A DNA stretch of 64,000 nt from an uncultured Gemmatimonadaceae bacterium. GTDB taxonomy: Bacteria > Gemmatimonadota > Gemmatimonadetes > Gemmatimonadales > Gemmatimonadaceae. Below, one piece after another: positions 8,641-19,267 of this stretch. The translations under genes and the position numbers were made by a program. The stretch's first letter is position 1. The number at the start of each line of letters is the position of its first letter. The stretch spans positions 800,001-864,000 of the forward strand of contig CAWHHI010000016.1 in assembly GCA_963829055.1 (NCBI GenBank). Direction: 5' to 3'. The notes beneath the pieces were generated by a model. It searched no databases. It was not told where the DNA came from and saw only the letters and a list, made by a program, of their open reading frames with translations.

Positions 8641-10438
8641 ACCGTAGTCCCAACCGTCTCCTCAGCAACCACTCCGCGCACAGTGCGATGATCACCAGCG
8701 CGTAGACCCAGCCCAGAGACCGTAATCGCGGGGCGTCGGCCAACGAACTGCCGCGCCCGACTGCGCCCGAGCGAATGGCGCGTCGCGGGAAGAACTCTCG
8801 AGACGGGTTCACCGCCAGGACCGACTTGCCGCCCGCGGTCGCAACGTCGTATACACCCGGCGACAGCGGCCTGCTCTCGACGATATTATCGCCTTCGCTG
8901 AATCGCAGCGTCATCGAATCAGCGCGCGCGGGAGCGCCGCGCCGCGTTATGACGAGCGCAACCACCGAGTCATCGCCGGAGCCGCGGCGCCAGCGCACTG
9001 CATCGCCCGCATGCACGATCGCATCCGCGCTCACCGCCGCACGCGCATCCGTCCGGCCAGCCGACAACCAGTCGAAGAGCCCGCCCCAGAGCGCACCGAA
9101 CGCGTCCGCGGCGACGCCGCCGTGCACGCGCCATCGCCAGAAGCCTGACGCACCAACGATCACCGTTCGCCGCGCCGCTTCGCGGCCGACGATTGCTCTC
9201 CGCTCCTCGAACCGACGACCACGCCGAGTCTCCAGCGCGACCCAGTCACCCGCGGGGACGTCGCCGGCTACATCGAGCGGGGGCAAGCTGTCCCACGCCG
9301 CCGCTGACAGCGAAGCGGAGACTGGTGACGCCGGCGCGCCAGTCGCGTACCAATCCGCACTCCCCTCGGGCGGGGGCGCGAACAGCGCGAGGGCGCCCTT
9401 CGTCACGCCGCGCGGTGCACCAAAGACGGCGGTGTCACCGTGCAGAACGACGAGCGGCGCTTCGCGCACGATCGCGCGAATTTCCGTTTCCGTCGCCGGT
9501 GCGAAGGAGCCATCCTGTCGCCAGACGCCGGGGGCGATCCGATAGAAGCCACGCGTGGGCAACGCGAGCGCGCCGCGCAGGAGTGCCAGCGCCTCACGCG
9601 AATCGAGGTCGGGGGACGTCGAGACGAGCACCGCGCCCGCCGCCGGCGAGACTTCCAGCACCGTCGTTAGGGTGTCGTTCCGCGGCTCCCGGTCACCCGC
9701 GGACGAAACCACCGCGCGAACGAGACTCGCGCCGGGAACGTTAGGCACGCGCGCCCGCGCGGTCACCGTACGGTCGCCAAACGGCGCGAGCGCCTGCAGC
9801 GGCATCGACGCGACCCGCTGGTCGCCGATGACGAGAGCAACCGTGCCCGCGCTCGCCCCACCTCGTCCGGTCGCGACCTGAATCCTGAACTCCGCCGTGT
9901 CGTTGCCGATCACAGCGCGCGGGGCCTGAATGTCGGCGACGGCGGCGTCCGTGCCGGCCGTTCCGTCGATCACCACGACCTGCGAGCCGGCGGGGACCGT
10001 GCTCAGTGCGTCGGGATCATCGAGCTCGCCGTCCGTGAACAGACGGAGCGGACGTCCCGTGGATAGTGCGCGCTCCACGAGTGGTCGCAGGCGCGATGCC
10101 GCGTCCCCTGGCCGCTCCGGCATCGCGCCGACGCGTACGGAGTCGCCCATGAGGAACAGCGAATCGGTGGCGGCAGCGCGTGCCTGACGCCGCGCGGTGT
10201 TCCACGCCGTGGAGTCGGCGCCGCGTAGCCAGCTCTCGGAAACGTCGAGCGCTACCAGCGGCGGAACGGGCCGAGGCAGTCCCGCTACGGCGTCGAGAAG
10301 TAGCGCGATGAGCAACGTCAACGCGAGCGCGCGCAGCACCGCGACGAGAGCGGTCTTTACCGCGGACGCGCCCCGCCACCGATATGAAAGGAGGGCGAGG
10401 AAAACCCCGCCCACCAACGCAACCAGCCAGATCGTCAT
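8639..10438 (-). CDS. Hypothetical membrane protein (N- and C-terminal TM helices; degenerate vWA-like LDVSES...FTDGE motifs)
   Basis: 599-aa ORF with hydrophobic ends and C-terminal AEWLLRRRLGLR. Confidence 0.7.
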   Translation of the reverse strand: MTIWLVALVGGVFLALLSYRWRGASAVKTALVAVLRALALTLLIALLLDAVAGLPRPVPPLVALDVSESWLRGADSTAWNTARRQARAAATDSLFLMGDSVRVGAMPERPGDAASRLRPLVERALSTGRPLRLFTDGELDDPDALSTVPAGSQVVVIDGTAGTDAAVADIQAPRAVIGNDTAEFRIQVATGRGGASAGTVALVIGDQRVASMPLQALAPFGDRTVTARARVPNVPGASLVRAVVSSAGDREPRNDTLTTVLEVSPAAGAVLVSTSPDLDSREALALLRGALALPTRGFYRIAPGVWRQDGSFAPATETEIRAIVREAPLVVLHGDTAVFGAPRGVTKGALALFAPPPEGSADWYATGAPASPVSASLSAAAWDSLPPLDVAGDVPAGDWVALETRRGRRFEERRAIVGREAARRTVIVGASGFWRWRVHGGVAADAFGALWGGLFDWLSAGRTDARAAVSADAIVHAGDAVRWRRGSGDDSVVALVITRRGAPARADSMTLRFSEGDNIVESRPLSPGVYDVATAGGKSVLAVNPSREFFPRRAIRSGAVGRGSSLADAPRLRSLGWVYALVIIALCAEWLLRRRLGLR

Positions 10439-10490
10439 GCGGACAATCTATCGTCGCGACCGTCGAGAAGCGGTCTGGCGCGCGTGTTCG

Positions 10491-11807
10491 CTACGGGCGG
10501 GCCGCGAGTCGCGTCGGCGACTCGCGATCGAGCACCGCCATCAGTGCGCCGCGCGTACGGAAGAACTCCTCGCGCTCGGACGCCGGCAGCGGCTCGCCGC
10601 CCTTGAGGGCCAGCGCCACGCGGGGATTCTTCTGCACGCCGCCGACGAGTACCTCGAAGTGCAGATGCGGCGCGGTCGCGAGTCCGGTCATGCCGACGAA
10701 TCCGATGGTCTGACCGATGCCGACGCTCGCACCGCGCCTGGTCGTGCGCGCGAAACTGCGCAGGTGCCCGTATCGGCTCACGTACCCGTTGCGGTGTCGG
10801 ACCTCGATGACGTTCCCATAGCCGCCCTTGCGTCCGGCGAAGATGACGACGCCGTCGCCCACCGAACGCACCGGGGTCCCCTGAGACGCCGCGTAGTCGG
10901 TGCCTGCGTGTTGACGCCAGATACCGAGGATCGGGTGCTTTCGCATACCGAAGACGCTCGAGATCCGGCGGAACTCGAGTGGCGCGCGAAGAAATGCGGC
11001 GCGCATCGACTTGCCATCCTGATCGAAGTAGCCCGCGCGGGCGTCTCCCACCTGATGGCGGATAGCGTCCGTCTCGGTACCCGCGACACTGAACGTGGCT
11101 GCCAGGATCGCGCCCATGCGAACCGCGCCCTGCGGCCCTCGCTTTCGCTCGACGAGAACCCGAAACACGTCGTTCGGCTGCAGATCGCGACTCATGTCCA
11201 CGCGGTACTCGTAGATGTCCGCGAGCGCCCATCCCAGCTCCGCGCGTGAGCCGGCAGGGATGTCGCTATCAGCCGCATCGAGCGCGTCGTAGAGTGTCGA
11301 GGTGATCTTGCCGCTGACCGCGACCGTATCGGTGGTCCACGGCAACTTCTCGTCGGTGCTGACCCAGCCTGAGTCCGAACGACGCACCGTGAGGATGCGA
11401 TCGACCGCGAGCTGGAAGATCAGTTCCGACGGGACGGAATCGGAGTCGAGCGTGCGAACGGTGAGCGCCAATCCCGCTGGCGCGCGCCGCTCGTCGAGCG
11501 ATGGCGCGGAGCGGAGGATGTTCGCCGCGTGCTCGCCCCGGATGCCGGCGCGCTCGAGGAGCGCGTTCAGCGTCTCGCCGCGCGCGAGCGTGTCGTGACG
11601 CAGCAGCCAGACGGGCGCTCGTGGCTCGATCGCGAGGACGTTGGCAACGGGCGCGCGTTCGGGAAGCGGTGGCGTGAACGCGACCGCGATCGCGCCCAGC
11701 ACGAGCACGGTCGCGTACGTGACGACGCGCGCGAGGAGAGTGCTCCGCGCGCGCGTGCCGGTCGATGCTGTCGGGGTGCTGGAATTCGTCTTGCCAGTGG
11801 TGCTCAA
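10491..11807 (-). CDS. M23 family murein endopeptidase (MepM-like)
   Basis: HAGTDYAA...YGHL...PHLHFEV motifs and an N-terminal TM; probable TTG start overlapping the restored ftsZ stop. Confidence 0.85.
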   Translation of the reverse strand: MSTTGKTNSSTPTASTGTRARSTLLARVVTYATVLVLGAIAVAFTPPLPERAPVANVLAIEPRAPVWLLRHDTLARGETLNALLERAGIRGEHAANILRSAPSLDERRAPAGLALTVRTLDSDSVPSELIFQLAVDRILTVRRSDSGWVSTDEKLPWTTDTVAVSGKITSTLYDALDAADSDIPAGSRAELGWALADIYEYRVDMSRDLQPNDVFRVLVERKRGPQGAVRMGAILAATFSVAGTETDAIRHQVGDARAGYFDQDGKSMRAAFLRAPLEFRRISSVFGMRKHPILGIWRQHAGTDYAASQGTPVRSVGDGVVIFAGRKGGYGNVIEVRHRNGYVSRYGHLRSFARTTRRGASVGIGQTIGFVGMTGLATAPHLHFEVLVGGVQKNPRVALALKGGEPLPASEREEFFRTRGALMAVLDRESPTRLAARP

Positions 11808-12998
11808 TCCATTCTGCCTCCGAATGAACGTCGGGATCTCCATATCACTGAGATCCTGATCGCCGCGCTCGGCCGGCGGTACCGGTGCGGGACGTCGCGC
11901 GCTGATGTCCGAGCTCGTGGCCGCGGGCCGCGGCGGCAGGTTGTTCAGACGCGCTGCTGCGGCATTCCGCTGCGCGTGCAGCGGAATGACAGGCGCGCCC
12001 TTGGCGACCATGGTCTCGGCGACAGGCGCTGGCGTGATCACCTTGTCGAAACCCGTGGCAATGACCGTGACGCGAATCTCACCCTGCATCGCCGGCTCGT
12101 GCACGGCACCGAAGATGATCTCGGCGTCGTCGCCGACGGCGTCGTGAATGATCTCGTTGATCTGATGAACTTCGCCAAGCGTTAGGTCCGCGCCGCCCGT
12201 GATGTTCACGAGCACGCCCATCGCGCCGGCAATCGAGACGTTGTCGAGCAACGGGCTCGAGATGGCCTGCTGTGCCGCTTCCATCGCACGGTTGTCGCCG
12301 CGGCCGATGCCCGTGCCCATGAGGGCTGAGCCACCGTTGGACATCACGGTGCGCACATCGGCGAAGTCGACGTTCACGAGGCCAGTGACGCTAATGAGCG
12401 ACGAGATGCCCTGCGTCGCGTGCAGCAGCACTTCATCGGCTTTCTTCAGCGCATCCTGGAACGGGATGCCCTTGCCGACGACGGCGAGCAGGCGCTCGTT
12501 GGGCACGACGATCATCGTGTCCACGTGCTTGCGCATCTCACCGATGCCCTGGTCTGCCTGACGCATCCGCTTGCGTCCCTCGAAGAGGAACGGTCGCGTG
12601 ACGATGCCGACGGTGAGCGCGCCCGCTTCCTTCGCGAGCTCGGCGATCACGGGCGCGGCGCCAGTCCCGGTGCCGCCACCCATGCCGCAGGTGATGAACA
12701 CGAGATCAGCACCTTGCAGACAACGGCCGACTTCGTCGCGATTCTCCTCGATGGCCTGACGGCCGATCTCGGGACGCGCACCAGCGCCGAGTCCGCGGGT
12801 GAGCTTCTTTCCGATCTGGATTTTCACGTCGGACTTGGAGCTCAGCAGCGCCTGCGCATCGGTGTTCACCGAGATGAACTCGACGCCCTCGAGACGCTCC
12901 TCGATCATGCGGTTGACGGCGTTGCCGCCACCACCGCCGACGCCCACGACCTTCATGCGGGCGTTCTGTGTTGCGCTCTCTTCGAACTCGAAGATCAT
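11804..12998 (-). CDS. ftsZ: Cell division GTPase FtsZ (apparent read-through into the M23 gene, probably from a 1-nt insertion)
   Basis: [27 protein letters not shown]-terminal [11 protein letters not shown] followed by CAGAATGGATTGA, where removing one A gives QMD*. Confidence 0.95.
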
Positions 12999-13578
12999 TG
13001 CGAGCGTGACTCCACTACGACAAAGAGGAACAACAGATCACCCGGGGGATCACTGCGAGAAACAGCAACGGCGAGGCGCTGTAGCGGGAGCTGCACGGTG
13101 CGCGACGGCAGCACCAACGGCGAGAACTTCGGCGTCCAATATAGCACGATTTGCACTCCATGCTACGGTGCATGACGAGTGATCGTGCGAAAGATTACAC
13201 TCTTTTTGTATCATGTTTTCCACACGCGCGAGCGCTCCGAAACGTTTATGACATTCACCAATGAAACGAACCGTCGCGCGTAGTCGCACCGAACGACTAA
13301 AGACGGCAGAGCCGACGACGCGCCGTCACGCGCCATCGAAGGAAGACGCCATGAGTCAGCGATTGCTCTCGCGCATCATGCGCCGATTGTTGCGGCGCCC
13401 CTGATGCATGAACGCCACCATCACAATGTGGATGGTGGCGTCAGATGAACGTCTGAAGCTTCCCGCTGCTTCGTGTTCAGACGGGACTAATTCGTTCGTG
13501 TCATTCCGAGGGGAGCCAAGCGAGTCGAGGAATGACACCGACTCCCACAAACGCAGATCGAGCTCGGAACAGGACAGC

Positions 13579-14838
13579 TCAGAAGAAATCCTGCAGCCAC
13601 GTCTTCACACGCTGCGCGAGTCGATCCATTCCCGGCGCATTCAACGCGAGTCGCTTTCCACCGACGCCCGCGCCGACGAGTGCGAAACGATGCGCAGCGT
13701 ATTGCGCAAGCCCCGTGACGGTCGCAAATCGAGGTGCTTCTACCGAATCGGCCAGTCCACCGATGTTTTCCGCAGGCACGCCAACACGAACACCAGTGCC
13801 GAAGACATCGCTCGCCAGCTCGACGATGCCCTGCATCGCGGCCGCACCGCCAGTCAGCACGATCCCAGCGCTGAGCTTCCCCGCGTAACCGGCACCAGCA
13901 ATGTCGCGCTGCACGAGATCGAAGATCTCGTCCATGCGCTGATGGATGATGTGCGCGAGCAGCTCGCGTGGAATCTGACGATCGCCCTGCGCGACGGTGC
14001 TCGGAAGCTGGATGACCTCCGACGGATCCACCATCGGCTCGTAAGCGCAGCCATAACGTTCCTTCAGGCGCTCGGCATCCGCCTGCGTGACGCCGAGTCC
14101 GTGCACGATGTCGTTCGTGACGTTGTTGCCGCCGAAGTTCACGGTGCCGAGATGGCGGATCTTCGCCTCGTGAAAGACGGCGATGTCTGTCGTACCTGCA
14201 CCCATCTCGACGAGCGCGACCCCGAGCTCCTTCTCGTCCTCGGTGAGCACCGCGAGCGCGCTCGCGAGCGGCTCGAGCACGAGCTCGCGCACTTTGTAGC
14301 CCGCCTTCTCCACCGCCTTGCGCAGATTCATCGCCGGCGAGCCGCCGATCGTCACGAGGTACATCTCGGTCTCGAGACGCGTGCCGATCATGCCGATAGG
14401 GTCACGGATGCCGTGATTCTTGTCGACCGTGTACTCCTGCGGAATCGCGTGCAGCAGCTCGCGATCCTGCGGTATCGCCTGCGCGCGCGCGACGGCGTTG
14501 GCGCGCTCGACGTCTGCCTTCGTGATCTCATCGCCGTTGATCGCAACGATGCCCTTGCTCGTCATCGCCTGCACATGCTCACCGGCGATCCCCGAGTACA
14601 CCTCGGTGATCTGCGCACCGGCCATGCGCTCGGCGTCGGTCATCGCTTTCTGAATCGAGCGCGTCGTTTCCTCGATGTCCGACACTACTCCCCGGCGAAG
14701 CCCCGTCGTGCGCGCTTGCCCCACCCCAAGAATGCGGATCGAGGGATTTCGCGGGAGATCGCCCACGACTTCCGCGATGACGGCGGTGGTCTTGGCCGAT
14801 CCGATGTCGAGCCCGGCTACGAGTCTTTCGACGTTCAT
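13579..14838 (-). CDS. ftsA: Cell division protein FtsA
   Basis: GLDIGSAK, GAGTTD, AERLK, VLTGGAA and an amphipathic tail WLQDFF. Confidence 0.96.
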   Translation of the reverse strand: MNVERLVAGLDIGSAKTTAVIAEVVGDLPRNPSIRILGVGQARTTGLRRGVVSDIEETTRSIQKAMTDAERMAGAQITEVYSGIAGEHVQAMTSKGIVAINGDEITKADVERANAVARAQAIPQDRELLHAIPQEYTVDKNHGIRDPIGMIGTRLETEMYLVTIGGSPAMNLRKAVEKAGYKVRELVLEPLASALAVLTEDEKELGVALVEMGAGTTDIAVFHEAKIRHLGTVNFGGNNVTNDIVHGLGVTQADAERLKERYGCAYEPMVDPSEVIQLPSTVAQGDRQIPRELLAHIIHQRMDEIFDLVQRDIAGAGYAGKLSAGIVLTGGAAAMQGIVELASDVFGTGVRVGVPAENIGGLADSVEAPRFATVTGLAQYAAHRFALVGAGVGGKRLALNAPGMDRLAQRVKTWLQDFF

Positions 14839-15545
14839 TGGAGTCTGGCGATGACCTGGTCACGAAAACGAAGATCGAGCTCTGCGACGCGGGCTTGCCG
14901 CCTGGCCAGATCGGCTTCGACCGGAAATATCTCCGCTAGTCGGTCCGGCGTCACGTCCAACATTGCCCGAACCGGCAAGGCATCGAAATGAATGACGATC
15001 TCTTTCTCCCCCACGCGAGCCACGTCGCTCAGACGAGCGAACACGGACGGTCGTTGCGCTCGCACACGCGCGAGGAATCCGAATAGCGCCGTATCGCGTC
15101 GTGCCGCGATCGGAAGATCGACGGGAACGCGACTCGGGTCGAGGGGAAGTTGGCGACCGCGCTCGTCGAACACCAGAAAGCCGCGTTCGGTCGACACCAT
15201 GGCGATCGGTAGATTCTCCACGACGTTCACAACCAGTGTTCCGGGAAGCTTGCGACTGATCGAGACGGTGCCGACCTGCGGGTGCGCGGCGACGCGCTGC
15301 TCGAGCGGCGTGGGATCATCCCACACGGAGCGCGTCGTGTCCACCCGCAGGCGAGCGAGAATGTCGCTCGGTGCAACGTAGCGTACTCCGACGATCTCCA
15401 CGCGACGCACGCGAAAAAACGACAGCTGCGATGCGATGAGCCGTCCCCACCACGGGCTCGCGAGCACAACGAACGCGGCGAGTCCTATCGCACCGCGTCG
15501 CAGGCGCGCGCGACCGACCTCGGACAGTGGGCTCAGTGGGCTCAT
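14835..15545 (-). CDS. ftsQ: Cell division protein FtsQ/DivIB
   Basis: TM plus POTRA (SRKLPGTLVVNVVE), C-terminal LDLRFRDQV; lies between murC and ftsA. Confidence 0.88.
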   Translation of the reverse strand: MSPLSPLSEVGRARLRRGAIGLAAFVVLASPWWGRLIASQLSFFRVRRVEIVGVRYVAPSDILARLRVDTTRSVWDDPTPLEQRVAAHPQVGTVSISRKLPGTLVVNVVENLPIAMVSTERGFLVFDERGRQLPLDPSRVPVDLPIAARRDTALFGFLARVRAQRPSVFARLSDVARVGEKEIVIHFDALPVRAMLDVTPDRLAEIFPVEADLARRQARVAELDLRFRDQVIARLQ

Positions 15546-15575
15546 GACGTGAACCTACGCGTTGCGATCGCCGCG

Positions 15576-16955
15576 TCAGGCGTCGCTCGACAGCGCCTGG
15601 AGCAACTCCGGCCCGGTCCTCGTAATGTCTCCGGCCCCGATAGTCAGCACGACATCGCCACCGCGAACGGTCCGGGCAAGTGCACTGGAAAGCCCACCCC
15701 GCGCGCCCTGCCACTCGACCGAGCCACCTGCCTGACGCGTGGAATCGACGATCAACGCGGCGGTGACGCCCGGAATTGCCTGCTCGCGCGCCGGATAGAT
15801 GTCCGCGACGAACACCGCGTCCGCTGCCGCGAGCGCCTCACCGAACTCGCGCGCGAAGTCCCGCGTGCGCGAGTATAGATGCGGCTGGAACGCAGCCACG
15901 ATTCGACGGCCCGGATATGCCGTTCTCGCAGCCGCCAGCGTGGCGCGAATCTCCGTCGGATGGTGGGCGTAGTCGTCGACGACATCGACACCGGCCGCCA
16001 CGCCGAGCCGCTGAAAACGACGCTCCACGCCGCGGAACGCAGCGAGCCCAGGACGCATCGCCTCGACCGTGACACCAAGCGCGAGCCCGCTCCCGATGGC
16101 GGCCAACGCGTTCAACACGTTATGCAGCCCCGGAACGGAGAGCTCGACTTCGCCGAGCATCTCGTCATCGTACTCGACCTCGAATAGCGAGCCTCCGCCT
16201 TCGGTACGCACGTCCACCGCGAGCAATCGCGCGTCAGTTGAATGCATGCCGTATCGAATCACCTCGGCCGTGCTCGGCATGGCGAGCTTGTTCGCGCCAG
16301 CATCGTCCGCACAGAGGACTATCGTTCGAGCCGGCGATGCGAACCGTTCGAACGTTCGGTGGATGTCCGCGAGGTCGGCGTAAATGTCGAGGTGGTCGGC
16401 TTCGACGTTCGTGACGACCGCGACGGTTGGCGTTAGGGCCAGGAACGACCGGTCGTACTCATCGGCTTCGACGACGAACAACCGGTCCGAGCCGTAGCGC
16501 AGGTTGCCACCCCAGGTCCCGACGCGACCACCCACGACTCCAGTCGGCTCGCGTCCCGCTGCGTCAAGCGCTTCCGTCGTCATCACTGTCGTCGTCGTCT
16601 TGCCGTGCGTGCCGGCGATGGCAACGAGCTCCCCACCACTCACCGCTTCGCCGAGCGCCTCCGCGCGACGGATCACAGGGACGCCGAGCTCGCGCGCGCG
16701 CTGCAACTCAGGGTGGTCCTTCGGCAGCGCCGACGTGACGACGACCGCACGCGCGCCATCGACGTGCAATGGATCGTGGCCGGTGTTTACCCCGATGCCC
16801 AACCGGCCCAGGTCACCTGTTGGGTCTCCCGCGGCATCGCAACCGGTGACGACCGTACCGCGCCGAACGAACAGCTCGGCAAGCGCGCTCATGCCGGCGC
16901 CGGAGATTCCCACGAAGTGAACGGGCCGGCGATCGCCGCTATCGAGGAGAGGCAT
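15576..16955 (-). CDS. murC: UDP-N-acetylmuramate--L-alanine ligase
   Basis: HFVGISGAGMS, GTHGKTTT, EADEYD, DDYAHHPTE, FQPHLYSRT. Confidence 0.96.
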   Translation of the reverse strand: MPLLDSGDRRPVHFVGISGAGMSALAELFVRRGTVVTGCDAAGDPTGDLGRLGIGVNTGHDPLHVDGARAVVVTSALPKDHPELQRARELGVPVIRRAEALGEAVSGGELVAIAGTHGKTTTTVMTTEALDAAGREPTGVVGGRVGTWGGNLRYGSDRLFVVEADEYDRSFLALTPTVAVVTNVEADHLDIYADLADIHRTFERFASPARTIVLCADDAGANKLAMPSTAEVIRYGMHSTDARLLAVDVRTEGGGSLFEVEYDDEMLGEVELSVPGLHNVLNALAAIGSGLALGVTVEAMRPGLAAFRGVERRFQRLGVAAGVDVVDDYAHHPTEIRATLAAARTAYPGRRIVAAFQPHLYSRTRDFAREFGEALAAADAVFVADIYPAREQAIPGVTAALIVDSTRQAGGSVEWQGARGGLSSALARTVRGGDVVLTIGAGDITRTGPELLQALSSDA

Positions 16956-16991
16956 AGTGAGGCACGATGATAGGCGGACGGATGATCGCTC

Positions 16992-18098
16992 TCAAGAGCG
17001 AATCTGCTTGAGATCAACCGCGGTAAGTATACGCCGGGCAATGTCCTCAGCTGCCCGAGGTCGTGCTCTTTCTCGGGCGGCCGTGGCGAGCGTTTCGAGG
17101 GTGCCGGGGCTAGTAGCGAGTTCGCGAACGAGTCCATCGAGTCGTTCAACGCTGAGCTCATCCTGTGGCAGCCATCGTGCTGCGCCGACGGCTGCGAGTG
17201 CTTTTGCATTCACCGTCTGATGGTCGGCGGCCGCGGTCGGAAGAGGCACCAGGATGGGCGGGATGCCCCACGCCGCCAGCTCCGCCGTCGTCATCGCACC
17301 CGAACGCGTAACGGCCATGTCCGAGGCCGCGTACGCATCCGCGATGGGAGCGAGGTATGGACGCACTCGCACGTTGGCGGACTCGCGAGCTGAATGGCGA
17401 TCGAAGTGCGCACGGCCGGTCGCCCAGATGAGCTGGACGCCGTCCGGAATTCCGCGCGCTACCCACGCATCGATGACTCCGTTGAGCGCCGCCGAGCCCT
17501 GGCTTCCGCCGAACACGAGCACGACTGTCGAATCGTCGCGGAGGCCCCAGGCGGCCCGAGCAGGACCCTTCGGCGGCAACGGCGATGGAGGAGGTGCGAT
17601 CGGGTTACCAGTGAACACGGCGCGGGAGCGCGCGCGTTCGGGGAGGAGCGCTCCGCCCTCCGGAAAGCCGAGATAGATCTCGCGTGCATAACGACTGAAG
17701 GACCGCACCGTTCGTCCGGGAAAACTGTTCTGTTCCTGGATGAACAGCGGGATGTCGCGACGCGCGGCAAACGCCATGGTGGCGCCCGCGGCGTAGCCGC
17801 CGGTACCAACCACGAAGCGAGGCGAGCTTTCGCGCGCGAGCGCCGCGATCCGCCCCCACGCCGACACGAGGCCGCGAGCGGTGCGCCAATTCTGCCACGG
17901 CTTCGTGCGATACAGCGGGTGGAGATCGAGAAGCTCGTGCTGGAACTCGGTCGTCGGGAGAACGTCGCGCTCTATTCCCCGGCGGGCGCCGATGAACAGT
18001 GGATCGAGCCGCGGCTCGAGCGCGACCAGCGCACGTGCGATAGCCAGCGCAGGGTAGAGATGACCACCGGTTCCTCCACCCGTGACGAAGATCCTCAC
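16992..18098 (-). CDS. murG: Lipid II GlcNAc transferase MurG
   Basis: GTG start 18098 MRIFVTGGGTGGHLYP, EQNSFPG, GGSQG, DHQTVNA. Confidence 0.95.
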   Translation of the reverse strand: MRIFVTGGGTGGHLYPALAIARALVALEPRLDPLFIGARRGIERDVLPTTEFQHELLDLHPLYRTKPWQNWRTARGLVSAWGRIAALARESSPRFVVGTGGYAAGATMAFAARRDIPLFIQEQNSFPGRTVRSFSRYAREIYLGFPEGGALLPERARSRAVFTGNPIAPPPSPLPPKGPARAAWGLRDDSTVVLVFGGSQGSAALNGVIDAWVARGIPDGVQLIWATGRAHFDRHSARESANVRVRPYLAPIADAYAASDMAVTRSGAMTTAELAAWGIPPILVPLPTAAADHQTVNAKALAAVGAARWLPQDELSVERLDGLVRELATSPGTLETLATAARERARPRAAEDIARRILTAVDLKQIRS

Positions 18099-19267
18099 CA
18101 GGCAGGTGCTGCCAGCGGATCCGTAGCGGCGACGCCGTGCACGCGCTCCTTTGTGCTGCCGATGTTCACGAGCATGCCCGTCATGAACAGCGAGAGGACG
18201 AGGTTCGAGCGCCCATAGGAGATGAATGGGAGCGTGAGCCCCGTCGTTGGGAGGAGCCCAACCACCACTCCTATATGAAGGAAGGCGGTGGTGACGACGG
18301 TGACCGTGAGCCCGATGGCAACGAGCTGCAGAAACGGTGACCGGGCCGACCGCGCGATGCGCAGGCCCAGCCATGCGTAGACGGCGAACGCGAGCGTGAG
18401 CAGCGCGAGACCGAAGAATCCCCACTCCTCGCCAATGTTGCTGCCAATGAAGTCGTTGTAGCCGAACGGCACGAAGCCAAGCTGCTGGCGCCCTTCCCCG
18501 AAGCCACGCCCGAAGAGCCCACCAGACCCGACGGCGATCAGCGACTGCCACAACTGATACTTCGCCGACGGCGGCGGGCTTCCCGGATCGAGGAACGTGA
18601 CCAGCCGCAACAGCACATACTGGAGTCGTTCCATCTCGTGCCAGAGCACCGGGATGCCGATGACGCCGAGCACCACGAAGTGGCCGATGCGCACGCCGCC
18701 AGCGAACAACACGATGCCGGCGACGAGCGTGTACATGATGGCGACGGAGAGATCGGGCTCGAGCACGACGAGCAAGTCGAGCACGCCGATGACCACGAGG
18801 AATGGCAGCAGCCCCTTCGTTAGGCGACGCATCTGGTCACCCTTCTTGACGAGCAGCATCGCCGTCCAGACGATCACCGACAGCTTCCCGATTTCCGACG
18901 GCTGTAGCGAGGTACCGAACAGGAATCGACGCGAACCGTTGATGCGTGGCGCGATCGACGTCGTGAACGGCAGGACGATGATCACGAGAAGCGCGATGGT
19001 CACGGTCATGAACGGCCACGCCCACTTGTTCCAGCGTTCCGCGTCCATCTTGGCGCCGACCGCGAACACCACGGCGCCGATCACCAGTCCGGTCAGCTGA
19101 CGCGTGAGGTAATGCGTGCTGCCCAGATTCTGCTCGACCGCGACGATGGCGCTCGCACTGTAGAGCACCGCAAGCCCGAACGCGAGCAACACCGACGTGA
19201 GCAGCATGAGCGCGCGCGCTTCCACGCCCATGCGCCAACGATCGCGCGTTTGTGCAACGGCAGTCAC
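18095..19267 (-). CDS. ftsW: SEDS peptidoglycan polymerase FtsW
   Basis: Polytopic membrane protein; QPSEIGK, EPDL, GEEWG, LPFISYG. Confidence 0.95.
   Translation of the reverse strand: MTAVAQTRDRWRMGVEARALMLLTSVLLAFGLAVLYSASAIVAVEQNLGSTHYLTRQLTGLVIGAVVFAVGAKMDAERWNKWAWPFMTVTIALLVIIVLPFTTSIAPRINGSRRFLFGTSLQPSEIGKLSVIVWTAMLLVKKGDQMRRLTKGLLPFLVVIGVLDLLVVLEPDLSVAIMYTLVAGIVLFAGGVRIGHFVVLGVIGIPVLWHEMERLQYVLLRLVTFLDPGSPPPSAKYQLWQSLIAVGSGGLFGRGFGEGRQQLGFVPFGYNDFIGSNIGEEWGFFGLALLTLAFAVYAWLGLRIARSARSPFLQLVAIGLTVTVVTTAFLHIGVVVGLLPTTGLTLPFISYGRSNLVLSLFMTGMLVNIGSTKERVHGVAATDPLAAPAW

Noticed and set aside
10491..12998. Apparent 835-aa FtsZ-M23 peptidase fusion
   Set aside because: The junction reads IRR-CAGAATGGATTGA; deleting one A gives the typical FtsZ end IRRQMD*. 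In an indel-rich sequence this is most likely an error, though raw reads should confirm it.
13408..14991. Long antisense ORFs (e.g. 13408-14991, 25730-26926, 38172-39377, 53428-54696)
   Set aside because: Shadow ORFs opposite well-supported genes, as expected at high GC, with no recognisable motifs.
15526..15543. 9-mer tandem AGTGGGCTC at the ftsQ start (MSPLSPLS)
   Set aside because: Only two copies and frame-neutral, so too short to be meaningful.
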